In this document: piece by piece, positions 1 to 10,882 of the stretch
Numbering within the stretch: the first letter of the stretch is position 1
How the letters are laid out: the number at the start of each line of letters is the position of its first letter
Assembly (NCBI RefSeq): GCF_006345805.1
Contig: NC_043006.1
Coordinates: 72,602,001 to 72,666,000, forward strand
DNA length: 64,000 bases
Direction of reading: 5' to 3'
Origin: Octopus sinensis
Taxonomy: Eukaryota
Made by a program: the position numbers and the translations under genes
The notes under the pieces: model-generated
Seen by the model: the letters and a program-made list of their open reading frames with translations, nothing else
The model's database searches: none
Told to the model about the DNA's origin: nothing

Positions 1-2883
1 AAGTGTTAAAAAAAAAAAAAAGCTACTTAAAAGTAAAAACATATATTCATATGAATATAATAATAGGTTCTAATTATATATTTGAAGTCCTCAACCCTAA
101 GAGGTTTGTTCAATACTTGAACAAATCACCAAAATTTTGTAAAATAGCAATATTTCAATACCTCTGGTTAAAATAAAAATCAGCATTTGCCACAATCTAA
201 AGATTTTTCAGCAGCATTACTAGCAGAAATTATTCCAGCAACAATTCAACAAAGTATTTTCACCAACCATTTTTCTGCCAAGGACTTAATTCAGCCATTT
301 TGTGTTCTTAAAACTTTCGAAAAGGAAGCAACAAAACCCTTAAATCTGAAGCAGGAACAATTGGCAATTCACAGTTTAGAATTAAACATGAAAAAAACTT
401 GCTTATTTTCATAATGCTAACTCAATGTCAACTTATATTGCTATATTTCATAAGATAAAATTGCAATTTCCAGAAAATAAGAAATCTATATACTTCACAG
501 ATCAATATATATAATATATATAAACGATCAAATCTTTATGAAATGCAATTCATACACCAAAGATCTAACTGATATCTCATCAAACCTTTAAATGAAATAT
601 TTACTAATATGATTTCTCCGATTTTCAAGTTATTTTATTATTCTAACAATGGAACATTCAAATACATTACATAATGCAGTTTTATTAATGCATAATAGAC
701 ACTACTGGACATAGTGTTGATCTTATATATGTGGATTCAAAAAAAAAAAAATTTATTTTAGTGCTTAACTTCTCATTGTAATATAATAAGAACGGATCCG
801 AATTAAGTTTGCTGACGACTGCCTCTCTACAATGGAACCTATATGCACAATGAAATGCACTTAAGATGATATTTTATTTCGATGACGTACTTGGGAAAAT
901 TTCCTATCGCAATGAAGCTTTAATAAATAATGCACATTCTATTTTCTGCCTTTTGACTTCTAGTCGCAAACCGATTACCTATAAGCAATTACAGGAAATT
1001 ACGTGTGTGTATGTATGTATGTGTCTGTGTAAGAGAGAAAATCAGGTCAGCACTTCGTCCTAAACCAACGAGATATATAATCCATTATCATTGTAGCTGT
1101 TCAAAATTAGACTACCATTTGGTTTCTGAAGCAATTTTTACACTTATAATAATAAACAGAATAAAAAAAAAAAATACCAAAAAATATTGTAAGAATGTGA
1201 AACCGAGAAGACTGTTGGTCTGACGACCAAGAAAAAGGATCATCTTTCTGCAGTGTAAAAAGACGCAAAAACGAATGGTGTTCTTAACTACTTTCACTGC
1301 CAAGTGATGGAGAGGAGGGGTTATTACATGATGAATACGTAAAGGGGTGCTGCAGTTGCTAAAAAGACCAGTTATATGTATCTAATATAACAATATAAGC
1401 TTGCTGTAAAGGCAGCTGACAGTTATAATTTACATAGGTTTCCAGTGTTTTTTTTTATATACATATATATATATATAAGAAGTTAGCCGTCTTCAAACTA
1501 TATCGACCAAAACACCAGATTCCAAATACTACGCCATTATTCAATTGCACAAAAGAAAATAATTAGGAAACTTAAAAGAAAAAAAAACACCAGAAAAAAA
1601 TAACGCAACGATCCATTTAACATCACTATTGTTATAATTAGTCAATTATAGAGAACAAAGCAAAGACAAAATACAATGGAAATAAGACAATTAAGCACTA
1701 TCAATTAAGTGGAATATATATATATTCGACAGTTGTTTTTTTGTTGTTGTCGTTCTTTTATCTTCGGAGTTTGAACATACTTTTATTTCAATAAAAAAAA
1801 TCGAAACCCGAAAATCAGATTGATTTAATATCCAATAAGTTTGCCAAGGAGAACTGTGACATATAAAAAGATGTTTGAGATAAATATCTTAACCAGTTTT
1901 AGATCCTGGAGTGACACGCAGTCTAAATTTTTAAAAATCATAATTGAATATATATATAATGAGTTTGACCCTTCAACTAGATTGTTTCGAGGTGTTTGTT
2001 ATTCAAATTAAAATCCATCAATAAATCCGTTGTAGAAACTGAGTGACACGTAGTCATTCACCGATGATTATCTTTTTTTATTATTAGAAGAAACAAGAAA
2101 TGCAATTAAACCAGAAATTTAGCGCAGATACTAAAAACAATACGAAAATAAATTTCAACGTAAATAGGAGAACATTAGCAAATAAAATGTCGAGGATTGA
2201 GAGAAAAGTGTTAAAACACACATATACTACAAAATAATGCTATAAACGAGGATAGTCTGGTGTTATTTAACTGAATTTGCTTTCCGTTTAATTCTCAATA
2301 AGAGTAAAAACGACTCAATATGGCCGTTCGTCACTGCCAAAATTTTTCAACAGAGAGAGATTTCAATGTCTCATATTCCAAGTCTTTCTTTCATATATAT
2401 ATTACATACATATATGTACAAGGGGTGGGGGAAAAATTTACACATTCATACGATTTATTAGCAGACAAAAAAAATCAACGAACGAACAAACATCATCATC
2501 CAAACACCGACATCGATACAGCTTTTATAATTACCAAATATTATTACACAATTTTGAAGATGAAAAAAAGGCTACTTTAGTTCAAATCATTCTCTCGAGT
2601 TAGACATTTTTTTTTTTTTTTACATTAGTAACAAAATTATTTTGATATTTGGAGATTTTTTTTTTTTTTGTGGAGATTTCGATATGATTTTTCTCTCCTT
2701 CGTTCATTTGGGGGGAAAAAATGGTTTTAAAAAAATACGTACATCTTGCGTGGAGGGAAGAAAGAGACGAAAAACTGAAGACAAGAGAAGAAAAATTAAT
2801 CATTTTTGTTTTTCCTCTTTTAAAAGGAAATTTATAAAAAAATTTGTAAGGATTTTTTTTTTGCATTTTCATGTTTTACTTAC
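1..2883 (-). other. Intron 1 of the LUC7-like gene (runs off the window start)
   Basis: It begins with the GTAAGT donor at 2883. I found no LUC7 exon-2-like peptide (CCPHD motif) in this interval. It has no recognisable SINE or LINE insertions, unlike the rest of the window. Confidence 0.7.
979..1024 (-). other. Candidate 46-nt poison (PTC-containing) cassette exon in LUC7-like intron 1
   Basis: Branch-point-like CTGAC (1050-1046), pyrimidine tract and CAG acceptor (CTGATTTTCTCTCTTACACAG|), and TAG|GTAATC donor. Spliced to exon 1 it reads DTYIHTHT then TAA (1001-999). Confidence 0.45.
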
Positions 2884-2944
2884 CATCTCGACCTGTGCCC
2901 ATTAATTCATCGAGCATAGCACGAATCTGATCGTGAGCCGACAT
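2884..2944 (-). CDS. LUC7L2: First coding exon (61 nt) of a LUC7-like U1 snRNP-associated splicing factor (LUC7L/LUC7L2 type)
   Basis: The reverse complement reads ATG TCG GCT CAC GAT CAG ATT CGT GCT ATG CTC GAT GAA TTA ATG GGC ACA GGT CGA GAT G|GTAAGT, i.e. MSAHDQIRAMLDELMGTGRD(G). This matches the LUC7L/LUC7L2 N-terminus pattern (MSAQAQMRAxLDQLMGTxRDG), ends at a perfect GTAAGT donor in phase 1, and is absent from the ORF track because it is short. It is not the LUC7L3 type. LUC7L versus LUC7L2 cannot be resolved, and exon 2 was not found in 1-2883, so it probably lies beyond the window start. Confidence 0.92.
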
Positions 2945-3400
2945 TTTCGCTTCCTTTGAATATATCTAGCTCTCACTCTCTCTCTATCCTTAAGAGTGGA
3001 TTGAAAGAAACTGTTGATTGTGAATCAACCAAAGACGGTTTACTACTTCGTATATGTATTTCTTCACTGATGTCTGCCTGCCTGCTTGAAATAATAGTGC
3101 GACGTTTGTATGACGTTTGTAGCGGCAACTAAAAACAGTTGAAGCGTCCAACCAGGAAACTAATGCATTCAAACTGATTTGACGGACATTGCCGAGTTCA
3201 ACCGAACTACTACCGGAATTGGTTGTTTCAACAAATAACGGGAAATACCGAAACGTTTAATTTTTGGTCTGGGTGATGATTATCATATTTATATTTAGAT
3301 TGAATTTTAATTTGTTTCTCATCTTCAGAATTAAATTTTTGGTAAAATCGCTTGTTGTATTATTAGAAATAGATATTTAATGAACTTTACGCGGTCGCTC
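2945..3400 (-). promoter_or_regulatory. Probable 5'UTR/promoter of the LUC7-like gene
   Basis: Lies immediately upstream of the ATG, is repeat-free and retains CpG, and has a GA-rich tract (plus strand ctctcactctctctct, ~2970-2986). The TSS cannot be determined. Confidence 0.5.
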
Positions 3401-3455
3401 GACCTGCAGCCAAAATTTCTTTCAATAACATGTGACAACGTAGTGACTATATAGA

Positions 3456-3955
3456 AAAGACAGTCGTCACTGCTGGAACATCTGATCAGGGTGATCTGGA
3501 AATGTAATAACTACCAAATATTTAATTAGGGAATACAAAACGCCAAGGAATAACAAACAGTAATTAACAAAAGACGGGATTGTCACGGTCGGAACGCTTT
3601 TTGGAGCTGAATTTGAACTAAATAACAACCGAATATTAAGAGAATTACTTTATGATAGGGAATAGAAAATGTTAAGGAACACTACACAAGGTAATAGCTC
3701 ATATATATAAAAGACAGGATGGTCACGCGTGGAACGCCTTTCATAAGGATTGAATTAGGAACTAAACCAAATATTTAATTATAGGAGATTACCATATAAT
3801 AGGGAATAGAAAATGCTAAGGAACACCAAAAAAGGTGATGACTCCTATATAAAGACAGGATAGTCACGCTTGGAACGCCTTTAATACGGGCTGAATTTGA
3901 ACTTATCAACCAAATGCTTAATAAGAGACTAACCATATAATAGCGATATTCATAC
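3456..3955. repeat. Degenerate tandem repeat, ~140-bp unit, ~3.5 copies
   Basis: aaagac(a/g)ggat(g/a/t)gtcacg...ggaacgc units start at ~3456, 3570, 3710 and 3851 (spacings 114, 140, 141). Confidence 0.8.
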
Positions 3956-5454
3956 TAAAAGCAGCAAAAGAATAGATAATTTATACAGAATAGATAATTT
4001 TAAGTACTTCTAAACCAGTATATATAATTACTATGTATGTTATAAGTAATGTTAGACACAGATTATAAAATAGTTTAATTTAAAGACTTCTAAATTAAGA
4101 TACATAATCACTATATACTATTTATTCAAATACGGAAAGTGGGGAAAAAATTAGGAATCAAATGAAAACCAGACAAGCAATTTTTTCATTGTTTTAAACC
4201 CAATTATTGTATAAAATTTTACAATACAGAAGAATCATTTTACAATATGAGTTTGAATATAATTTGATATTATACGAATGTTACCGGAAATTACCGAGAA
4301 TGGGTTGCACTCAGGATTTGAGTTACCAAACGGAAATCACAAAATTGCTATGCTTATGTTACGAATATGTCATTTCTTATCGAATATCCGTTTAGTAGAA
4401 GTTTATTTTGGGGTAAAATGTAGCTTAGTGGCATAAAATATTCAATATCATCTTTCAAGATCTTTTTTTGTCACGCCTAGAAATAACTATAGTATATTTT
4501 CATGAATTAAAAAAAAAGTAATCTTTCGGTTTATGTACGTATAATGGTGGACAACAAAGTAAAGAGTTAAAGAATTGCGGCACAGTTACACGGTAAACCA
4601 CAGTATTCATTTCACTGTAAAATCACCCGTACATCATGTTTGTTGAAATAGTGCCAAGTAAACACCAAGATATTTACTTTTGATGAAATTCCCAGGTACA
4701 GCTAAGAAGAGACACACTTTGCAACCATGTGGTTTTGAGTTCAGTTCCACAGTGTGGAACCTTGGGTAAATGTCTTCTACTGTGTAGCCCAAGCCAACCA
4801 AATAGCCTTGTGGATGAATTTCATAGGCAGAAACTGTGTGGAAGTACATAATCAGTAAATCATTAATCTGAAAGAGAAGTTTACTCTAAGTTGTAGAGCA
4901 GTAGAGAAATGAAATAAAGATAGTTGTGACTGGTCTGTTATCAAACACATACTCAATAGATGTGCCTTGCTAGTTTGCCAGTAGGCTGCGGTTTAGCACA
5001 GTGGAGGTGACTCCCTCAAAGCACCGGCTGTTAAAACACCTGAAATTCATAGACAAGTGACACAGCTTCTCCCCAAATCCCATTCAGGAGTGATGGACAT
5101 TAATGTTTCACTATTTTTGTAGCTTCTCAACATCATGTACGTGAACTGAATCACCAGTCCATTACTATTTATACAAACAGTGTAAAAACCATTTGCTGGT
5201 ATGCCCTGATGATGCATACATAAGAGGAAGTACAAATATGAATTAGAAGCAGTGCTAGTGTTTAAACATTACCAAACACACATACTCAATGTATGTGCTT
5301 TGTTTGTTCACATCCAATTCTGTAAAAATGTCTGACATGGGGAAATATCACCTAGCTTGGAAATAGGTAAAGGTTAGTCGCAAGAAGGGCAACTGGTCAT
5401 AAGAAATCTTCAAATAAACTCAGATCCATGCAAACATGGAAAAATGGACATTTA

Positions 5455-5672
5455 ACAAAAGGGTACTATAAAGTTCCTGGCTTTAATGGTATAGCAAAAG
5501 ACCTAGTTGGAGGCCCAACCTTCCAAGTTCTGTTACAGGGCTTAGAAAAACAGAAAGACTGCTTCATTAGGTGCATGAATCTGAGAGGGAAATATGTTGA
5601 ATAAAATCATAATTAACTGATTCTCTTGTATTTTCTTTTACCCAAAGCCAGGAACTTTTCATCACCCCTTCA
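5455..5672. mobile_element. Mariner-type MITE
   Basis: Imperfect TIRs (aagggtactataaagttcctggcttt / aaagccaggaacttttcatcacccctt), a TA right flank, and an internal remnant resembling a mariner transposase C-terminus (CFIRCMNLRGKYVE*). Confidence 0.6.
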
Positions 5673-5817
5673 TATATATATACACATACACATTAGAAGT
5701 GAAAAACTTTATAAACTATTACTCCAAGTTTCCCATTTTCTATCTCCTAACATTTGCAATTAATGGAACAAGAGAAATGATCTAAAAGAATATAGGGAAA
5801 ATGTATAGAAAATAACT

Positions 5818-6158
5818 ATTGCATTTCCTTTTCCTTGGAAATAGGATGAAAAGCAAAGTCAACCTCGGCAGAATTTGAACTGAGAATGTAAAAACAGACA
5901 AAATACCTATTTCTTTACTACCCACAAGGGGCTAAACACAGAGAGGACAAACAAGGACAGATAAACAGATTAAGTCGATTATATCGACCCCAGTGCATAA
6001 CTGGTACTTACTTAATTGACCCTGAAAGGATGAAAGGCATAGTCGACCTCGGCGGAATTTGAACTTAAAACATAACGGCAGACAAAATACCACAAAGCAT
6101 TTCGCCCAACATGCTAATGTTTCTGTCCACTTGCTGCCTTAGTATGCATATATTAAAA
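5818..6158 (-). mobile_element. Composite tRNA-headed SINE (family D: ...gagttcaaattccgccgaggtcgactttgcctttcatcc...), copy 1 of a local duplication
   Basis: A partial plus a full copy of the most abundant SINE family in the window. It is nearly identical, flanks included, to 9958-10299. Confidence 0.75.
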
Positions 6159-6199
6159 TATGAAAAATGTATAAAAATTATATTATAAAGTCATTCGCA

Positions 6200-6490
6200 G
6201 ATACACTTCAACCAAAGAAGTACTGTCTCCTCTCTCTGCCTTCTCTATGACCTACTACAAAGGTATCTGCATCTTGCAGATAGTTGGTCATATATCACTT
6301 CTACTCAAGCACTCTTGACCCAGTTCTTTTGCTTTCTCTCATAACCACTGTTGCCTCCAACCCACAGGCCTTCTGCTAAACCTAACCCAATCTTTCTTCC
6401 CTAGAATGCCACCACTTTGATATTCTCTCCCTGAACTTCTCTTTCCAACATTTTAAGCAACACATTAACAATAGCAATCTTATCAATCTC
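6200..6490 (+). mobile_element. Degenerate CR1/L2-like LINE 3' remnant
   Basis: Broken frames resembling the CR1-group ORF2 tail (YYKGIC...SFFPRM...LP...FKQHIN). Confidence 0.4.
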
Positions 6491-6869
6491 AGAGCTCTTG
6501 ATAAGCAATTGTGGGAAAATAAAATCCTTAGCAACATCATGAAAGAGGCATTGTCTAATTTCCCATTAGCAGAATGATAACCTAAATTCAGAAAGTGGAT
6601 ATCAAACTAGATGCACTCAGCTCTCTTTGGCACAAGCACTGAATCAATGACAACAGCTAAAGAGTATATTTCTATGCTTTTTGTAGCATTTTTCCAATGT
6701 TAGAAATTATAGGGAAGAATTTTGGAATTGATCAAAATATTTCTAACAAAGAAAGAGAGTTATTGTTTCTGGCATATTATCAATACAACAGAGCAAACAT
6801 CAACCAACAATGATGACAGATAATGGCAGCATAACAAGATGGTTATTTTCTCCTTTGTTATAGCAGTAA

Positions 6870-7200
6870 AGCTGCTAAAAGGTAGCTTTGAGTTCAAAAC
6901 TAACACTTGGGAAGCACAAGTCCATCCTGCATGGCAAAACTGCACCAACAGAAATGTCACCTATGAACAGAACAGAACAGGATTTCAGAAGCACAAAGAA
7001 AATATGAACTGTGCAAATCCAGGGCCAATTCCTCACATTCAGTCCCAGCAGACCACCAGTGTCCAGCCTGCAGCAGAGTCTTCCAAGCATGCATTGGACT
7101 GATTGGTCACAGCCAGGCACACCATGCCCTATGTTCTTCTTCTTCTATGTGTCCTTAGTCATCGTGACCAACAATGGATGAACTGATGACAACAATGAAT
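6870..7200 (+). mobile_element. RTE-clade LINE 3' end (C-terminal C2H2-like finger)
   Basis: WEAQ...AW... followed, after a frameshift, by HQCPACSRVFQACIGLIGHSQAH, which resembles the CPxCxRxFxARIGLxSHxRxH tail of RTE ORF2, then a short 3'UTR. Confidence 0.65.
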
Positions 7201-7304
7201 GATCTTTGTTTCACTGAGCTCTGCAACAATTTAGTAATACAACAATAGCTTGTTTAACCTGCAATACCTTAATAATTGTCTTTTAGTCATCCTCATCATC
7301 ATTA

Positions 7305-7534
7305 TTAACCCTTTTGATACCAACCCGGCTGAAACCACCTCTGGCTCTGTAGTACAAATGTCTTATTTTCATAAGTTTTGAATTAAAATTTTCCACCAGA
7401 CCTTAGTCACAATTTATGACCCTAACACCAGCTTAATGATAACTAAGTTATTTTACTAAATTCTTTGTTATATTTAATATTAATTGAAAGAAACACAGAG
7501 CATCTCAAAATAGATATGGTAACAAAAGGGTTAA
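7305..7534. mobile_element. piggyBac-type MITE (TTAA TSD)
   Basis: TTAA|CCCTTTTGATACC ... GGTAACAAAAGGG|TTAA. A second copy is at 28047-28274 and a more degenerate one at 51549-51778. Confidence 0.8.
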
Positions 7535-7651
7535 TATCATCATATAACATCCACTTTTCCATGTTTGCATGGGTCAGATAGAATTTGTTGATGTAGATTT
7601 TCTATAACTGGATGCAATTCCTGTTGCCAACCCTCAGCTGTTTCCAAGCAA

Positions 7652-7830
7652 ATTTATTAATTTATTAATGAGACAAAAAGAAAACTGTGGTCAACAAATA
7701 AGAAATAAAGAAAGGTCTGATGCAAAGAACTGCCAAGATGTGATGGTGTACAATGTGCACTCAGAGGGTGGTCATACCACAGACATTACAGAAGAGAATG
7801 CTAAAAGAGTTCCATGTGGGACACCCCAGG
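7652..7830 (+). mobile_element. Ty3/gypsy integrase zinc-binding-domain fragment inserted in another repeat
   Basis: CDGV.MCTQRVVIPQTLQKRMLKEFHVGHP (His-His integrase N-terminal motif). It interrupts a common repeat between ...tttccaagcaa and ttttcccatg... Confidence 0.75.
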
Positions 7831-7956
7831 CATTTTCCCATGCCCAGACATGTTTTTTTACAAAAGGCAGGAAACAGCATCACTTGTATGACAGTGATGC
7901 TCATTTACAACCATCAAGTGAAGTCAAGACTGTTGTAAAGCGGGTCCCTCCCATGG

Positions 7957-8190
7957 TGTGATGTGTGACTGCCATTGTATTGTAGTTGCTGCTTACACTA
8001 GTAGCCACAATAGTTACTAGTCATTGTATCTCTTTGTACTAGAATAGTAATACACTAACTTCTTCTGTCCTACTATCACTGATAGCTCCACAAGACACCA
8101 ACTAGAACTGTCGACTCTCAACCCTCACTTGACAACTGGCTACTGGTCTATTTATAATGGCTGTGGGGTATACAGTTTCACTATACAACA
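7957..8190 (-). mobile_element. 3' LTR of a Ty3/gypsy element
   Basis: On the minus strand: TG...CA termini (TGTTGTATAG...CATCACA), a TATAAATAG box (8156-8148), and a polypurine tract AAAAGGGGAGA directly upstream once the 8197-8514 insert is removed. Confidence 0.7.
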
Positions 8191-8196
8191 TCTCCC

Positions 8197-8514
8197 AGTT
8201 CTATATTTAAGAGATGAGGAATTATGTACATTATTTACATTTGACGGATATTTGTCCTCATCTTTGTTGTTAACACAACATTTCAGCTCATTAAGGGTGT
8301 GAGCTACTAACCCCAAGATTCCAAGTTCGATTCCAGGCAGTGACCTGAATAATAATAATAATAATAATAACAATAATAACATCGAAAAATACCTTAGGAA
8401 TGAGAACCCAGGTTCAAAATCTCCCCAAGCTACCTGATGAAGGCTGGAGGGTATATCAGCCAAAACATGTTAACAAACAAGATGAGGACAAATATCCGTC
8501 AAATGTAAATAATG
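8197..8514 (+). mobile_element. tRNA-headed SINE-like insert with a Penelope-type HHR-bearing tail and an inverted copy of its own 3' end
   Basis: 13-bp TSD tacaacatctccc (8184-8196 and 8515-8527). tRNA-like anticodon/T-arm gctactaaccccaagattccaagttcgattcc (~8303-8335). (AAT)n linker. CTGATGA-A-GGCTG/CAGCC stem at 8434-8461. 8197-8288 is the reverse complement of the tail. Confidence 0.75.
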
Positions 8515-8527
8515 TACAACATCTCCC

Positions 8528-9765
8528 CTTTTAATTATTATGGTGTACTCTGGCAGTTCATTATTTCTCAGAATTAACCTAGACAGACCATCAGCATGCC
8601 CCAACTTTTTTGAAGGCATATAATCATAGTTTAATAGGATGGTACCCCATTGCTGCAGTATGTTTGCCGTATGTACCAGGATTCCTTTCCTGGATCCATA
8701 TATCGTTATTAATGGTCTATGGTCCATTTATAAACAAAAACGTCTGCCATGAATGAATCTGCGGAACTTTATCATACAAAATATAATAGCCAATGCCTCT
8801 TTTTTAATCTGGCAATAATATCCTTGATCTGTGAGCTATGGCCTTTCTCCTGCCATAGTAATATTTGTATGAGAGCACAGCTTCTATCCCATACTCACTA
8901 GCATCTGTAGCTAATATTATCTCTAACTTTGGGTTGAAATGCATAAGATGCAAGTCTGAAGTTAACACATCTTTTAACTCATTCAATGCTTTCTAGCATT
9001 TTTCTGTCCAAATCCATTTGGCATTTTTTTTAGTAATTCATTAAGTGCTGCCTTTACCTTAGGTTTATTCAGGATATATACTTGGCAATAATTTAGCAAG
9101 CCTAGGAATGCTTGTAGCATTATCACATTCATCGGGGGTGGCATATTGTGGTCGCCCTTGATGGGTCCGGTCAGCATCTACTTTTGTCGATTACTTATTT
9201 TATTTTTTCTATCAAAAATTTGCGTTTTTCTCCTGTCAGTTTTAGCCCATATTCACTTATTCTCTCAAATACTTTCTTTATGTGATATCAAAATTTCATC
9301 GAGGTATGTGATGATGAAGTCACAATCATTTAACATCACATCCATTATTTGTTGGAAAATGGCGGGTGCCATTTTTACTCCAAATGGCAGTCATTTGAAC
9401 TTGTACAATCCACAGTGTGTGTTGATTGTTAGTAGAAGTGTGCAATCTTCTTCTAACAGAATTTGAAGGTACTCCTCTGAGAGGTCTAACTTTGAGAAAA
9501 TTTTCCCTCCGTTTAGTTTAGCAAATACTTCTTCTGGGCCTAGTAGTGGGTAATTGTGTGTGAATAAACAGTCATTTAATCTGGTTGAGAAGTCTGTGCA
9601 CACTCTTAGCTTATTATTATTATTTTTATGTAGACCACCAGTGCTGCCCAGTCTGCATGGTCAATCTTTTTAATTATATTCAGGCTTTCCAACCTTTCTA
9701 GTTCTTTATTCACCTGGTCTACTGCCACAAACAGCACATACCCTTTGGGCCTGAAAATAGGTATA
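8528..9765 (-). mobile_element. Degenerate Ty3/gypsy pol (RT and RNase H), integrase missing
   Basis: Fragments PIFRPK...VNKELERLE...WAA.VVY, FAKLNGGKIFSKLDLS..YLQI...TINTHCGLYKF, LATDASEYGI.AVL, DHRPLITIYGS and HADGLSRL, with many stops and frameshifts. Confidence 0.9.
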
Positions 9766-9957
9766 CATTCATATACATAATTATACACAGATATATATAT
9801 ATGTGTGTATGAACAATGGATATTTTCTAGTTTCCATCTATAAAATCCACTCACAAGACTGGTTGGCAATAGTAAAAGACATTTTCCCATGGTGCCACAG
9901 AAAGGAATTGAACCTGAGACCATATGGTTAGGAAGAAAACTTCTTAACCACACAACC

Positions 9958-10299
9958 ATTGCATTTCCTTTCCCTTGAAAATTCCTTAGGAATAAGATGA
10001 AAAGCAAAGCCGACCTCGGTATAATTTGAACTCAGAATGTAAAGACAGACGAAATACCTATTTCTTTACTACCCACAAGGGGCTAAGCATAGAGAGGACA
10101 GACAAACGGATTAAGTTGATTATATCGACTCCAGTGCGTAACTGGTACTCAATTTATCGACCACAAAAGGATGAAAGGCAAAGTCGACCTCGGTGGAATT
10201 TGAACTCAGAACGTAATGGTAGACAGAATACAGCTACGCATTTTGCCCAGCATGCTAATGTTTCTGTCCACTTGCTGCTTTAGTATGCATATATTAAAA
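9958..10299 (-). mobile_element. Composite SINE (family D), copy 2 of the local duplication
   Basis: Shares private variants (atgctaatgtttctgtccacttgctgc) and both flanks with 5818-6158. Confidence 0.75.
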
Positions 10300-10835
10300 C
10301 ATGTTGTTTTTAAGTGTTGTTGTTTAACACCCAAGTCATCTTTGATTAAGCAAACCATCTTGTCTTTTTGTATGTCTAGCACTACATAGTCCGATATTTC
10401 TCATTTTTTTAATTTGAGGAAGAATCAACTACTATTTCTTGCGGATCAATTTACTGCATAGCGGTTCAATCAGCTTGATTGTTTACATTACTTAGCTTTT
10501 CTAGCTGTGTTTAAATAACCTGCTTGAATACATTTGTTTGTAATATAGTCTATTTGCTTTTGACTTGAGCATTTCTCAGGCAAGCCAAATACTGGAATGT
10601 AACCTAGATAAAAATGTAAAACTGAAAAATCCCTGATGAATGGGATTATTATTAAACATAAATTCACAGACACAAGTACAAGCATGTCTGCATGGTTAAG
10701 AAACTCAATTTCTAGCCCCCTGGTTTCAGATTCAGTCCCACTGTATGGCATCTTGGACATGTCCTCTGCTATAATCCCAAGCAGGCCAAAGCCTTATGAG
10801 TGGATTTGGTAGATGGAATCTGAAAGATGCCTGTC

Positions 10836-10882
<47 letters not shown>

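Noticed and set aside
5205-5245. CTGATGA followed by a weak hairpin
   Set aside because: There is no GAAA, stem III or stem I, so the match is too degenerate to call.
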